A stretch of 64,000 nucleotides of DNA from the NCBI GenBank assembly GCA_019359495.1, contig JAHHHF010000091.1, positions 1 through 64,000 on the forward strand. Direction: 5' to 3'. Shown piece by piece: positions 1-10,214 of this stretch. The notes below the pieces were generated by a model. The model ran no database searches. It saw only the letters and a program-made list of their open reading frames with translations, and was not told the DNA's origin. Both the position numbers and the translations under genes were made by a program. The stretch comes from Goleter apudmare HA4340-LM2. GTDB lineage: Bacteria > Cyanobacteriota > Cyanobacteriia > Cyanobacteriales > Nostocaceae. Position 1 is the stretch's first letter. Every line of letters begins with the position of its first letter.

Positions 1-263
1 GTTTTTTACCTGTTAATACTTGAGTTTATCTAGGAAAAATAAGTTTTTATTCTTTCTATCTTTCCCTTACTAACTGATAATTTAGCTCGATAAATTCCCC
101 AAAGCCTTATTGTTGCGTCCACTAAGCAAGTGCGATCGCATTCCGTTAAAATTGCTGAAATCATTGTGTAGTAAGTATTTCGCATTCTCGGATAAGTCTA
201 TTGAAGAAGTACGAGGAATTTTGTAATTTGATTTGGTTGGGTTAATGTTGGAGATGTGAGCCG

Positions 264-464
264 ATGACGACTAATTTTGAAATTGATCAGACGTTGCTTC
301 AGGAAGCGTTCACTCTGAGTGATTACCAAACAGAGCAGGCAGTTATTGAAGCTGCTTTGCGGGAATATGTTCAGCGACGCAAACAGTTGAAAGTTTTGGA
401 ACTTTTTGGCACGATCGACTATGACCCAGAATATGACTATAAGCAACAGCGACAACAAGCATGA
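264..464 (+). CDS. Type II antitoxin, VapB-like (66 aa)
   Basis: Small acidic protein directly upstream of a PIN-domain ORF, with 4-nt ATGA stop/start overlap. Sequence MTTNFEIDQTLLQEAF...AVIEAALREYV is typical of VapB-family antitoxins. Confidence 0.6.
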   Translation: MTTNFEIDQTLLQEAFTLSDYQTEQAVIEAALREYVQRRKQLKVLELFGTIDYDPEYDYKQQRQQA

Positions 465-805
465 AGGTTGTTGTTGATACTTCTGTTTGGTCATTGGCTC
501 TGCGACGAAATCGCATCCAGGAGGAACCACCCCAGGTTTTGAGCCTGCGTGAGTTAATTGCAGATAGTAGAGTTGCTGTATTGGGAGTAATTCGACAAGA
601 AGTTCTGTCGGGAATTCGGGAGACAGAGAAATTCGTTCGTTTGCGGGAGTATTTACGAGCATTTCCTAACCTCGAACTGGAGATCGAAGACTATGAGTTG
701 GCTGCTGAGTTTTATAACACCTGCCGTCGAAGTGGAGTTCAGGGAAGCAACACAGATTTTTTGATTTGTGCCGTGGCTCATCGCCGTAGTTACTTGATTG
801 ATTAG
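461..805 (+). CDS. PIN-domain toxin, VapC-like ribonuclease (114 aa)
   Basis: N-terminal MKVVVDTSVW is a hallmark PIN motif with the conserved Asp. Translationally coupled to the upstream antitoxin. Confidence 0.7.
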   Translation: MKVVVDTSVWSLALRRNRIQEEPPQVLSLRELIADSRVAVLGVIRQEVLSGIRETEKFVRLREYLRAFPNLELEIEDYELAAEFYNTCRRSGVQGSNTDFLICAVAHRRSYLID

Positions 806-945
806 TTCCCGATTGCCCTCTCATGTAGCCCGTTCGGCTTTGCCGTCTCGTAGAGAATCGCCTAGCCTGTGCATCTCTGTTGTGGTAGATGCTCTTGAGT
901 TCCCCTATGATTAGAGTAAAGCGGTTGATTTGAGAGGTTTGCCTG

Positions 946-1281
946 ATGCAATTGGGAAACTATTTTAATGTATTGTCACCTGATGATATTCGGATCAAAG
1001 GAACTCGGATTGGGATTGAGACGATTTTGTACGAATATATCTATCGTTGCAAAACACCAGAAGAAATCGCCGAGCAATTTCATACGGTGACGCTCGAACA
1101 GGTTTACGCCACGATCTTGTATTACTTGCATCATCGCTCAGAGGTTGATGCGTATCTGGAAGATTGGCTAGAGTTTTCTCGAACCATGCGGGAAGAACAG
1201 GAGCGAAATCCGTCTCCTGCCAGACTAAGGTTTCGGAAAATGCGGGAAGAACAAACTGACAAGCAGCTACAGGAAAGCTAG
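946..1281 (+). CDS. DUF433-family protein, putative antitoxin-like partner (111 aa)
   Basis: Sequence pattern IKGTRIGIETILYEY...TPEEIAEQF...TLEQVYA is typical of DUF433 proteins. Followed immediately by a DUF5615-like ORF. Confidence 0.55.
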   Translation: MQLGNYFNVLSPDDIRIKGTRIGIETILYEYIYRCKTPEEIAEQFHTVTLEQVYATILYYLHHRSEVDAYLEDWLEFSRTMREEQERNPSPARLRFRKMREEQTDKQLQES

Positions 1282-1643
1282 TGGCAATTCGGTATCTGTT
1301 AGATGAACATCTTAATCCGGTGTATCGTTCCCAACTGGTAAGACGCAATCCTGAATTGGTAGTGCGAATTATTGGCGATTTAGATGCGCCACCCAAAGGT
1401 ACGATCGATCCAGAGATTTTGATTTGGTGTGAGATAAATGGGTTTATTTTGGTGACAAACAACCGGAAGTCAATGCCTAGGCATCTAGCTGACCATTTAG
1501 GGCTGGGTCGCCATATTCCAGGAATTTTTACGATTAATACAGACCGTAGCATCGGGCAAACCGTTGAAGAATTAATTATCATTGCAGTCACCTCGTTTGA
1601 AAATGAATATCAGGATCGAATTGAGTATTTACCCATCACTTGA
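1281..1643 (+). CDS. DUF5615/PIN-like protein paired with DUF433 (120 aa)
   Basis: GTG start overlapping the TAG stop of the upstream gene by 1 nt. Small protein of the type commonly paired with DUF433 in cyanobacteria. Assignment is by gene-pair architecture and size. Confidence 0.45.
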   Translation: MAIRYLLDEHLNPVYRSQLVRRNPELVVRIIGDLDAPPKGTIDPEILIWCEINGFILVTNNRKSMPRHLADHLGLGRHIPGIFTINTDRSIGQTVEELIIIAVTSFENEYQDRIEYLPIT

Positions 1644-1754
1644 TAGCGTTCACGCAGTGTGTGCAAAGCACAATCGCATCGTGTATGTATCGCCCAATTG
1701 CCCCCTCTTGATATATGGCGATCGCCTTTGAGAATCCATAGAGGGGCGATCGCA

Positions 1755-1905
1755 CTAGAAGCGCACAGTGATAATTGAGATAGTGATTACGGCGATCGCC
1801 CCACGGCTGAGGTAAGGTAGTTGATATAGAAGCGATCGCCGTCGAGATTCTAAAAGCAGATTGGCTAGAAGCGCACAGTGATAATTGAGATAGTGATTAC
1901 GGCTA
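1755..1905. repeat. Direct repeat (about 38 bp, 2 copies) embedded in a HIP1-rich intergenic region
   Basis: ctagaagcgcacagtgataattgagatagtgattacggc occurs at about 1755-1793 and 1866-1904. Several GCGATCGC (HIP1) copies lie in 1725-1830. Confidence 0.6.
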
Positions 1906-2310
1906 TTTTTATTACATATTTTTTAGCCTCAGCTTTTTTTGCACTATTTTTACCCATCCTCAACAATTCTTTGCCATTGTTCCATCCAATTGTTCTGAAT
2001 TCCTTTCATCACAAGCTTTTTGCTTCTACTACCGCCGTCGAACTCACGTTGTATTAATTAGTAACTCTGTACTATGCTGTGTCTGCTTATAGCTTTCTCA
2101 TGTTTGGTTTAACCGGAGAAGCAAAAAGCTGAAACCTTTATATGGCAGACTTTTTCAGCCTCTATTTCCGTTTTTGCAGGGATCTCGGCTCTATGCCAAG
2201 ATTACAGGATTTCCGCTCTTCTCTAGTAAGTTTTGTCACGCTAGGTTATTTCTTTTAAAGACAAGTCTAGTAAGTCGGTGGAAAATAGCGGATATGTGAA
2301 CGGTTACATT

Positions 2311-3282
2311 TCATGCGCCTTTTGGCAGGTACTTAAAAAGATCATCTAATATCTTATTTACTCCTAAAGGACCATTCCCACCCCATATAGTTGGATCGAC
2401 CATATAAGCCCGCTTATTTTGGACTGCTTTTAGTAAAGCGATTAAGGGGTTTTGAACATAAAAAGATGATGGCTTGTTATCACCGTTATAAATAAATAGA
2501 ATATCAGTGTCATATTTGCTAATCGCTTCAATGCTAAATGTGCCGCTATCACTTAATGATGTTGCAGTCTTGTGACGTAGACCCATATCAGCAAAAATTT
2601 GAGAACAAGTTGATCCAGTGGTCGCTGTCGAAAAAACACCATGATAATAAAAAATGACAGAAATCTCTATTTCTTGTAACTGTTTGCCTAAGCGTTCTTT
2701 TAATTTTTCAATTCTGTTTTGATATTGAGTGAGAACTTCCTCTGCTTTTTTTTCTTGGCCGAATAACTGGGCAATATATCGAAAGTTTTCTTTAAAGAGA
2801 TTTTTTCTATTATATTGTACTAGCACTGTAGGTGCAATTGCTGTTAACTGCTTGTAAATTGTTTCTTGATAAATATCGAGTGCCAAAATCAAATCTGGTT
2901 TGAGCAGCAGAATTTTTTCTAAAGAAGGTTGACTTGCATCTCCAACATTCTCAATTCCTGCAACCTCATCAGCAGACAAACCAGGAAAACTAGTAATTCC
3001 TAGTTCATTATAGGTTGCCATGCCAACTGGTTTGATGCCGAGAGCCAACACCGGATCTGTTAAATATCGAGGATTTAATGTAATAATACGCTGTGGTCTA
3101 ATTGGAATACAAATTTCACCCAATTTGTGTTGAACAACTCGGCACTCAGAAGAAGTTGCTAATGAGATATCAGTTTTTTGGGTCACTGGAGTGTAGCAAG
3201 CTGTAATTAGAAGGAAGGAAAAAGCCATTAAAAGAAATGGCTTAATCAGACGATACGGTTGATTCATCATGACTGAATTCAT
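2311..3282 (-). CDS. Iron-siderophore ABC transporter periplasmic substrate-binding protein (FecB/FhuD-like, 323 aa)
   Basis: N-terminal signal/lipobox region followed by a class III periplasmic binding fold (LKPDLILALD). Lies directly downstream of a TonB-dependent receptor gene on the same strand. Confidence 0.7.
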   Translation of the reverse strand: MNSVMMNQPYRLIKPFLLMAFSFLLITACYTPVTQKTDISLATSSECRVVQHKLGEICIPIRPQRIITLNPRYLTDPVLALGIKPVGMATYNELGITSFPGLSADEVAGIENVGDASQPSLEKILLLKPDLILALDIYQETIYKQLTAIAPTVLVQYNRKNLFKENFRYIAQLFGQEKKAEEVLTQYQNRIEKLKERLGKQLQEIEISVIFYYHGVFSTATTGSTCSQIFADMGLRHKTATSLSDSGTFSIEAISKYDTDILFIYNGDNKPSSFYVQNPLIALLKAVQNKRAYMVDPTIWGGNGPLGVNKILDDLFKYLPKGA

Positions 3283-3348
3283 AGGGTGTCTACAAAGTCA
3301 AACTACTTTAAAGCGTATTGTTCAGCCAATGACCAACAACAAAGCCAG

Positions 3349-5967
3349 TTAAAACTCCCAACTGATGGAGCCAGTGATCGTAAACGGCTCACCTCTTTCT
3401 ATTCTGGCTCTGTTGTAGCTATTGGTAATATAGTCCGTATCAAATAGATTACGGATATTAATCGCCGCCTTAAACCCATCTCTACGGTAGTACAGCGCTG
3501 CATCAGTACGTAAGTAATCATCTACTTGAAATGAGTTAGCAAAATCTCCTTGTTTCTCACCCACATAAAACAGCCCAAAACCAAATCCTAGCCCTCTCAA
3601 ATCACCCTTCTGGATTTCATAAGTTGTCCAAAGAGTGGCTTGATGTTCTGGCACACTTCTTAATCGATTACCCACAGGAATATCATTATCCTCAGTAACT
3701 TTTGCATCAATGTAAGCATAGGAGGCAATCACCTTCCAACCGGGCAAAATCTCACCTGTAACATCTAACTCAATTCCTTGACTCCGCTGCTCCCCAATCT
3801 GAATAGAAAATCTACGGTTATTGGGATCGGGGGTTAGAATATTTGTCTTAGTGAGATGATAGGCTGCCAGAGTAGTCGAAAGCCTGCTGTCTAGAAAGTC
3901 AGCTTTAATACCGACTTCATATTGAGTTCCCCTGGTTGGCTCAAACGCTTCGCCATTCGCGGTGAGTCCAAAGGCAGAGTTAAACGATTGAGCGTAGCTG
4001 GCATAGAGAGCAACCGATTCGCTAGGCTGATACACCAAGCCGATACGGGGGCTGAAGGCACCTTGTACTGGATTATCAGATATCTCTCCTGTTGCTTCAT
4101 TTTCAGATCCAGATGACACCCAATCATAGCGACCACCGATTAGTAGTTTCAGGTTGTCACTAAAAGCAATCTGATCCTGAAGGTATATCCCATAAGATTC
4201 ACTATAGTTATTAGAATCATCAAATCGCTCAGTAAATCCAGGTCTTGGAATATCGTAGTTTGGATTCTGTAAATCCAGAGGAGGTAGATTATCACTGAAA
4301 AAATTATCATAAAATCTACCCTCATTACGGTTGAAATCAAAGCCCACTAAGAGTTGGTGTGAAATCGATCCTGTATTGAACTTTCCAAGTAAGTCGATCT
4401 GTGCAAAATAGTTATCAAATGTAAAGGGACCATCATAGTATTCCCATCCTGTTAAGAAACGATTGTCTTCTATTGTGGTGGGAAATGCATCCACAAATCT
4501 GGTGTAATTAGCGACTCTGGTAAAGTTGTTGCGAATCTGCCAGTTATCACTAAATTCATGCCTTAGCTCGTAGCCATATTTTTGAGAAGTTCCTTCTGCC
4601 TCTGCGAGTCCTGGATATGATGGGTAGAAGCTTCGAGGCGGTAAACTACCATCATCGAGTAGGATAAAGCGATTCTGCTCAGGAGGATTTCCAAAGAAGT
4701 TACTGTACTCATAGTAGAGATTCAGGCTTGTCCGATCTCCCAAATTCAAAGTGATTGAGGGGGCGATCGTGGTTCGGTTGGTGTTAACAAACTCCTGAAC
4801 ACCGTTTGAACTCTGGTAGCTGGCGATGAAGCGGTAAAGCAGAGTTTTATCGGTGGTCAATGGACCTGAGAAATCGATGCTGGGCTGATAAAACCCATAA
4901 CTTCCCGCCTCAAATGCCAGATTGTAATAGGGTTCACTCAGGGGTTGCCGGGTGATCACGTTGACGATCCCACCAGGCTCAAATGCTCCGAACAGAACCG
5001 AGGCAGGTCCTTTGAGCACTTCCACTCGCTCGATCGTCCCAATTGGAACCGTAGTGAATTCATCACCAATTCGATAACCGTTTCGGAAAGTTCCGGATTG
5101 CCGAAATCCCCTGATAATATAATTCCCTGAATTTGGACCAGCGATGATTCCGCCATCAGCCACGCCGCTGACTGTTTCCACTGCCTCATTCACAGTTCTC
5201 ACCCTGCGGTCACGCAATACTTCTTGGGGCACGACCTGAATCGACTGGGGAATATCTCGAATCGGTGTATCCGTCCTGGTCGCCGTACTCGCATTCGGCA
5301 CATTATACCCATCCCGCTCACCCGTCACCACCAACTCAATCGGGTCATCCGGCTTCTCTTGGGGTTTCTCGGTGACTGGCTTTTCCTCTACTGGGGGTGT
5401 ATCTGGTGGTTTGGTTGCGGTTTCTGTGGATGCTACACCAAAAACCAGCCCTGCATCATCATCAAATAACTCAACTGTGGGTAAAGCATTCTCACCTACC
5501 ACCGTTACTCGCACAGTATTTACATCAACATTCGTAACTGTTATCTCGGTAATTCCTGCAACTGGTTTTTCCGAACGAAATGTAAACGCCTCACCACTGG
5601 GTAAACGCAATTGAGCATTGGGAATATCTGCAATAAAGTTATTCTCAGCACTGCGATTTGTGATTTGCAGTTGTTCCCCAAGGGTAGTTTCTAAAATCAC
5701 TTCCACCCCTTTATCCGTGGGATTTGCTTTCACACCCGTAATTGTGACAATACTTCCCGGAACAACAGGGGTATTGCTAGGAGTTGGTGACTGCACTAGC
5801 ACTTGGGCCTTAGTAACAGGAAGTTCTATTTCGCTCAGTTGGCGAATTGGAGAACTTGTTTGTTGCTGTTTCTCACCAGCCCATACCGATGAAACCGCAA
5901 GTATACTCAAACATCCCGAAAGACTGATTAAAAAAGATAGACGAACAGATAAACACCAACTCCTCAT
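3349..5967 (-). CDS. TonB-dependent siderophore receptor (872 aa) with N-terminal extension
   Basis: Signal peptide, plug-domain motifs (GFEPGGIVNVITRQP) and the characteristic terminal aromatic residue (..ISWEF). Long Pro/Thr-rich N-terminal linker typical of cyanobacterial TonB-dependent receptors. Confidence 0.85.
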   Translation of the reverse strand: MRSWCLSVRLSFLISLSGCLSILAVSSVWAGEKQQQTSSPIRQLSEIELPVTKAQVLVQSPTPSNTPVVPGSIVTITGVKANPTDKGVEVILETTLGEQLQITNRSAENNFIADIPNAQLRLPSGEAFTFRSEKPVAGITEITVTNVDVNTVRVTVVGENALPTVELFDDDAGLVFGVASTETATKPPDTPPVEEKPVTEKPQEKPDDPIELVVTGERDGYNVPNASTATRTDTPIRDIPQSIQVVPQEVLRDRRVRTVNEAVETVSGVADGGIIAGPNSGNYIIRGFRQSGTFRNGYRIGDEFTTVPIGTIERVEVLKGPASVLFGAFEPGGIVNVITRQPLSEPYYNLAFEAGSYGFYQPSIDFSGPLTTDKTLLYRFIASYQSSNGVQEFVNTNRTTIAPSITLNLGDRTSLNLYYEYSNFFGNPPEQNRFILLDDGSLPPRSFYPSYPGLAEAEGTSQKYGYELRHEFSDNWQIRNNFTRVANYTRFVDAFPTTIEDNRFLTGWEYYDGPFTFDNYFAQIDLLGKFNTGSISHQLLVGFDFNRNEGRFYDNFFSDNLPPLDLQNPNYDIPRPGFTERFDDSNNYSESYGIYLQDQIAFSDNLKLLIGGRYDWVSSGSENEATGEISDNPVQGAFSPRIGLVYQPSESVALYASYAQSFNSAFGLTANGEAFEPTRGTQYEVGIKADFLDSRLSTTLAAYHLTKTNILTPDPNNRRFSIQIGEQRSQGIELDVTGEILPGWKVIASYAYIDAKVTEDNDIPVGNRLRSVPEHQATLWTTYEIQKGDLRGLGFGFGLFYVGEKQGDFANSFQVDDYLRTDAALYYRRDGFKAAINIRNLFDTDYITNSYNRARIERGEPFTITGSISWEF

Positions 5968-6075
5968 AGTTCCTCACGCCGCCTTGCAGCTTTTGTTGCT
6001 AATTATTTTTGATAACAATAAGGTGTAGTGTAGAGAAGTTGACTGTGTGGTGTCTATACAAAAAACGCCAATTTG

Positions 6076-7161
6076 TTAGCCGAAAAACGCCTTTTTCCCT
6101 GCTAAACATTGGCTAGGCGTGATGCCAAACTGCCGCTTGAATGCTGCTGCAAAGCGACTGTGGTGGGCATATCCCACTATATATGCCACTTCTGCGACTT
6201 TGCGTTTCCCGCCGCAGGTATCTCCTTGGCGTAATAAAATTTCTGCCTTCTGTAACCTTTGCTGTGTCAAATAACCCACCACAGTTGTTTTAAATAGTGC
6301 AGAAAAACCTCGCTGGAGAGTGCGAACGCTGACTCCTACCTGCTGTGCTAGTTCTGACAGTGATGGCGGATGCTCTAGTTGTTTAGTCAAAATGTCTTTA
6401 GCGTGGTGAATACGGGCGATGGTATCAGGTTTCAGCCCTGGTATATCATGAATTGGCTGTTGCTCTGCGGAAATTAAATCCAGGTATATTGCTACTATTT
6501 CAAACACCTTCGCTTGCAGATACATCCGCTTTGCTGCACCACGATAAGGTGGATTCCACATTTGTTGAGCAAGCTCGCGCATTGCTGGTGTCACTGTAGG
6601 GTAAAATGAGAACTTCCAATCTTCCTCTTTACACAGCAATTTCTGGACATCAGAGCTATACTGCACATCCTGCAAAAAAAACGATTCTAGTAATTCTGAT
6701 TCAATCTCCACATTCACCGCAGTTAAATGTTCGCCAGCACGATGTTTGCAAACATAAGAGGGCGAAATCCCGCCACCTGAAAAATAGCTACACGATCCAC
6801 CCATAACATGAGGATGAACATCATCAAAATAAAGGCAACCTGATAGAAAAATTGTGAACTGAATCGGATGCTCATGGGCAGGTGTTTTCACCGTAAAATC
6901 CTGGTGGTATTCACAATCTGAGAAGTTTAACCACACCCCAGGTAATAGGCTCATACTGCGATCGTAGCCCCGTCCCAAAATTTTCGGCACGCCCTCAAGC
7001 CTCTCAAAGCTATCCAGTACGAGATTTTCCACCTGGGGTTGAGGAGCCTGTTGGTGCAGTTCGTCAAGGTCTGATTGACTGAGGATGAGTGTCATGCTGG
7101 AGTGAGCTAAGTGCAACTTATTATCAATAAATTTACCATTACATTCAATGACATAGTTCAA
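6076..7161 (-). CDS. AraC-family transcriptional regulator (361 aa), likely regulator of the adjacent iron-uptake genes
   Basis: C-terminal AraC-type HTH (LSELAQQVGVSVRTLQRGF...GYAHHSRFAAAFKRQFGITPSQ). Confidence 0.8.
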   Translation of the reverse strand: MNYVIECNGKFIDNKLHLAHSSMTLILSQSDLDELHQQAPQPQVENLVLDSFERLEGVPKILGRGYDRSMSLLPGVWLNFSDCEYHQDFTVKTPAHEHPIQFTIFLSGCLYFDDVHPHVMGGSCSYFSGGGISPSYVCKHRAGEHLTAVNVEIESELLESFFLQDVQYSSDVQKLLCKEEDWKFSFYPTVTPAMRELAQQMWNPPYRGAAKRMYLQAKVFEIVAIYLDLISAEQQPIHDIPGLKPDTIARIHHAKDILTKQLEHPPSLSELAQQVGVSVRTLQRGFSALFKTTVVGYLTQQRLQKAEILLRQGDTCGGKRKVAEVAYIVGYAHHSRFAAAFKRQFGITPSQCLAGKKAFFG

Positions 7162-7292
7162 CTCAGCACTGTTGATTTAATCTTCTCTCTACTCACACAA
7201 TTTTGAGAAAATTAGAGCAAGTTTAAGAAATCCCCAGAACTTTTGGTGAAGTGATACCTTGGATAATTAGTTGCCCTACAGAGGCACAAATT

Positions 7293-9404
7293 ATGGAAAA
7301 CTCCTCCAAAGGCTTACGTAAAAGCAAGTCAAATAAAATAGTAAACTTTGCAACATCTTTAATAGCAACACTGGCAGTAGCAGGAAGTATTAATGCTGTT
7401 AGTGCTACTCCTATAAAAACCAGCCACACAAAAGAAATTACTTCAGTATCAGCCCAGTTGGCGCAGACAAAGCCAATCATTGCCCAGATACCAACTAACA
7501 AACCGCAATATCAAGTCATGCAGGTATCTCCTTGGAGACTGGTTCCGATTGTGGTGGTTGGTGGTTTGGTCATATTTGTCCCCCTGTTCTTTGGCGGCTT
7601 GGTGGTAATTAGTGAACGAGAAGTTGGTATTGTCGTCAAGAAATTTGCCGTTTCTGGGCGTGGACTACCAGCTGGACGGTTAATTGCGTTGAATGGGGAA
7701 GCAGGTTGGCAAGCAGATACTCTAGCGCCTGGTTGGCACTGGGGCTATTGGCCTTGGCAATATTCTGTGCGGAAAGAGCAGGTAATCGTTGTTCCTCAAG
7801 GTGAAATTGCCCTGATTGTGGCAGCAGATGGTGCCTCTAACCCCCCAGAAAGGATTTTAGGCAAAATTGTTGATTGTGATAATTTCCAAGATGCGCGTAA
7901 ATTCCTCACCCACGGTGGAGAAAAGGGGCGTCAAATGGGTTTTCTCACGGCTGGTACTTACCGCATTAACACAGCCTTGTTTAAAATTATTACCGCCGCT
8001 AACGCCACGGCTCACGGGATGAGTCCTGAACAGTTGCGGGTTTACAGTGTGGCTTCTGATAAAGTTGGTATCGTCACTACCTTAGATGGTTTACCCATTC
8101 CCTCTGGTGAAATCGCCGGGCCGATTATTACTGGACATGACAACTTCCAGAGTGGTCAAAAATTTATTGATGGTGGTGGACGCAGAGGTTTACAAGAGCA
8201 GATTTTACTTTCTGGTTCCTGGAATTTGAATCCTTGGCTTGTTCAGGTTGAGCCAGTACCAATGACGGAAATTCCCATTGGGTATGTGGGTGTGGTGATT
8301 TCATTTGTGGGTAAGGCGCATCAAGATGTCAGTGGTGCGGCTTTTACCCACGGTAATTTGGTGAACCAGGGACACAAGGGCGTGTGGGTAGAACCACTGT
8401 ATCCTGGCAAGCACCCAATCAATTCCCGAATTATGAAGATTGAACTGGTGCCCACAACCAACATCGTTCTCAACTGGTCACATCGTACCGAACGCCATAG
8501 TTATGATGCTAAACTAGCGTCCTTAACAGTGCGATCGCGCGATGGGTTTGCTTTTGATTTAGAAGTAGCGCAAATTATCCATGTGGGTGCTTTAGATGCA
8601 CCGAAGGTAATTTCCCGTGTTGGTTCCATGCAAAATCTAGTAGACCATGTATTAGAGCCGACTATTGGTAACTATTTCCGCAACTCCGCGCAAAACTGTA
8701 CCGTCCTCGACTTTCTCACGGCTCGCAAAGAACGGCAAGCAGAGGCTGCTGATTATATTAAAACAGCATTGCGGTCTTATGACGTCCAAGCGATTGACAC
8801 CCTCATCGGTGATATTCAACCGCCTGCAACCCTAATGCAGACACAAACAGACCGCAAAATCGCCGAAGAAGAACGCAAGACTTACGAAGTTCAACAAATG
8901 GCACAAACCCAGCGTCAACAATTGGTGCGGGAGACAGCATTGGCAAATATCCAACAAGAAATGGTCAAGTCAGAACAAAGTGTGCAAATTGCCGAACTGA
9001 AAGCCCAAGCAGAAATTAAACAGGCTAACGGTCAAGCAGAATCGACAAAATTACGGGCAATTGCGGAAGCCGAAGGTATCCGGGCGACGGGTACAGCCAA
9101 AGCTGAAACCTACCGTGCTGGTGTAGAAGCATTGGGAACCCAGGGTTACACAGCCATGCAACTGATGCAAATTATCGGCGATCGCAATGTCCGCCTAATT
9201 CCAGATATCCTAGTTGGTGGCAGTAATGGCAGCACCAACGGCTTAGTTGATGGGCTACTATCAATGATTTTATGGAATCAAACTGGTAAGCAAGGTGAGA
9301 TCACACCAACACCTCTGCACGCAACACCAGTGGTAGAAAAAGCCCAACCAACTCCGGCGAATGGTTTTCCGCCTATAGTTGTGGAATTACCATCAGATAA
9401 ATAA
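7293..9404 (+). CDS. SPFH/band-7 (flotillin-like) membrane protein (about 703 aa)
   Basis: N-terminal TM segment, SPFH-domain core and a long C-terminal coiled-coil rich in Q/E/A (QTQRQQLVRETALANIQQEMV...AELKAQAEIKQ) typical of flotillin/YqiK-family proteins. Start taken at the internal ATG 7293; the ORF extends to 7251. Confidence 0.65.
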   Translation: MENSSKGLRKSKSNKIVNFATSLIATLAVAGSINAVSATPIKTSHTKEITSVSAQLAQTKPIIAQIPTNKPQYQVMQVSPWRLVPIVVVGGLVIFVPLFFGGLVVISEREVGIVVKKFAVSGRGLPAGRLIALNGEAGWQADTLAPGWHWGYWPWQYSVRKEQVIVVPQGEIALIVAADGASNPPERILGKIVDCDNFQDARKFLTHGGEKGRQMGFLTAGTYRINTALFKIITAANATAHGMSPEQLRVYSVASDKVGIVTTLDGLPIPSGEIAGPIITGHDNFQSGQKFIDGGGRRGLQEQILLSGSWNLNPWLVQVEPVPMTEIPIGYVGVVISFVGKAHQDVSGAAFTHGNLVNQGHKGVWVEPLYPGKHPINSRIMKIELVPTTNIVLNWSHRTERHSYDAKLASLTVRSRDGFAFDLEVAQIIHVGALDAPKVISRVGSMQNLVDHVLEPTIGNYFRNSAQNCTVLDFLTARKERQAEAADYIKTALRSYDVQAIDTLIGDIQPPATLMQTQTDRKIAEEERKTYEVQQMAQTQRQQLVRETALANIQQEMVKSEQSVQIAELKAQAEIKQANGQAESTKLRAIAEAEGIRATGTAKAETYRAGVEALGTQGYTAMQLMQIIGDRNVRLIPDILVGGSNGSTNGLVDGLLSMILWNQTGKQGEITPTPLHATPVVEKAQPTPANGFPPIVVELPSDK

Positions 9405-9458
9405 ACCAGTTATTAGTAAGCATTTTAGTCTTGATCTACTGAAGCACTACAGTGCTTA

Positions 9459-10109
9459 CTACAAACCCTTTCCGGAATCAGAAACTTGCTGCTTCACCCA
9501 AGAACGAAAAACGCGAGTGGTGCTGATTTCTCCATTTTTTTTCGCCTCTTGGATAAACTGGGGAATCTCTCTCACTGCTATGGGTGTGAATGTAGGGCTA
9601 AGTTCAACTTCTAAGTATTGTCCATCATCCAGCGTGTAAATTCTTAACACACTACCGTTGTAGCGCCAAAATTCCGGGATTCCCATAGCAGCATAAAGCC
9701 TCAACTTATCTATCTTCGGTCTAGAGTATTCGACTTCTAGCACCAAATCAGGGGGTGGGTCAAATGCCAAATCTATGTTTTCTTTGCTTCTCACCAAAAA
9801 CTCATTTTGGATGTAGTAGCTACTATCTGGCTCACCCTCCTTTTCTAAATCATCCCGCGTTAATGTGAGAGAACCAGCCCGTTTAATCTCTAAACCAGAC
9901 TCTTCGCACAATACCCCAACAAAAGCCTCTATCAGACGATTTGAGTTTTCATGCGGCATGAGTGGGGTCATAATTTCTATGATTCCATTGTCATAAGCAA
10001 TTCTGTTTTTGCGTTCTGAACCCATCTCCGTTAGCATAGTTTTAAATGTCTGCCAACTGATGTTTTGTAGCAAGACTCTGGTTTCTGCGGGTGTTGTTGT
10101 CGTTACCAT
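9459..10109 (-). CDS. Uma2-family (DUF820) restriction-endonuclease-like protein (216 aa)
   Basis: Sequence and size typical of the abundant cyanobacterial Uma2/PD-(D/E)xK family (..DLVLEVEY.. core). Confidence 0.65.
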   Translation of the reverse strand: MVTTTTPAETRVLLQNISWQTFKTMLTEMGSERKNRIAYDNGIIEIMTPLMPHENSNRLIEAFVGVLCEESGLEIKRAGSLTLTRDDLEKEGEPDSSYYIQNEFLVRSKENIDLAFDPPPDLVLEVEYSRPKIDKLRLYAAMGIPEFWRYNGSVLRIYTLDDGQYLEVELSPTFTPIAVREIPQFIQEAKKNGEISTTRVFRSWVKQQVSDSGKGL

Positions 10110-10214
10110 AGTTCAGTGCTGTTGTGCTGCATCTAGTTGCTGGAGGGTGATTTTTATGCTAGCACCATTAAACTAAGAGCCAGCAAAAATTATTGAACCT
10201 TAGAACTTAATATT

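Noticed and set aside
198-662. 154-aa minus-strand ORF overlapping the VapB/VapC pair
   Set aside because: It overlaps two well-supported, translationally coupled plus-strand genes and has no motif. It is an antisense frame artefact.
3891-6028. Multiple 60-136-aa ORFs on both strands inside and antisense to the TonB-dependent receptor gene
   Set aside because: They are nested in a long gene with clear receptor motifs. Compositionally biased shadow ORFs.
7223-7501. 92-aa minus-strand ORF overlapping the flotillin gene start
   Set aside because: Overlaps the N-terminal TM region of the SPFH gene. Hydrophobic shadow frame.
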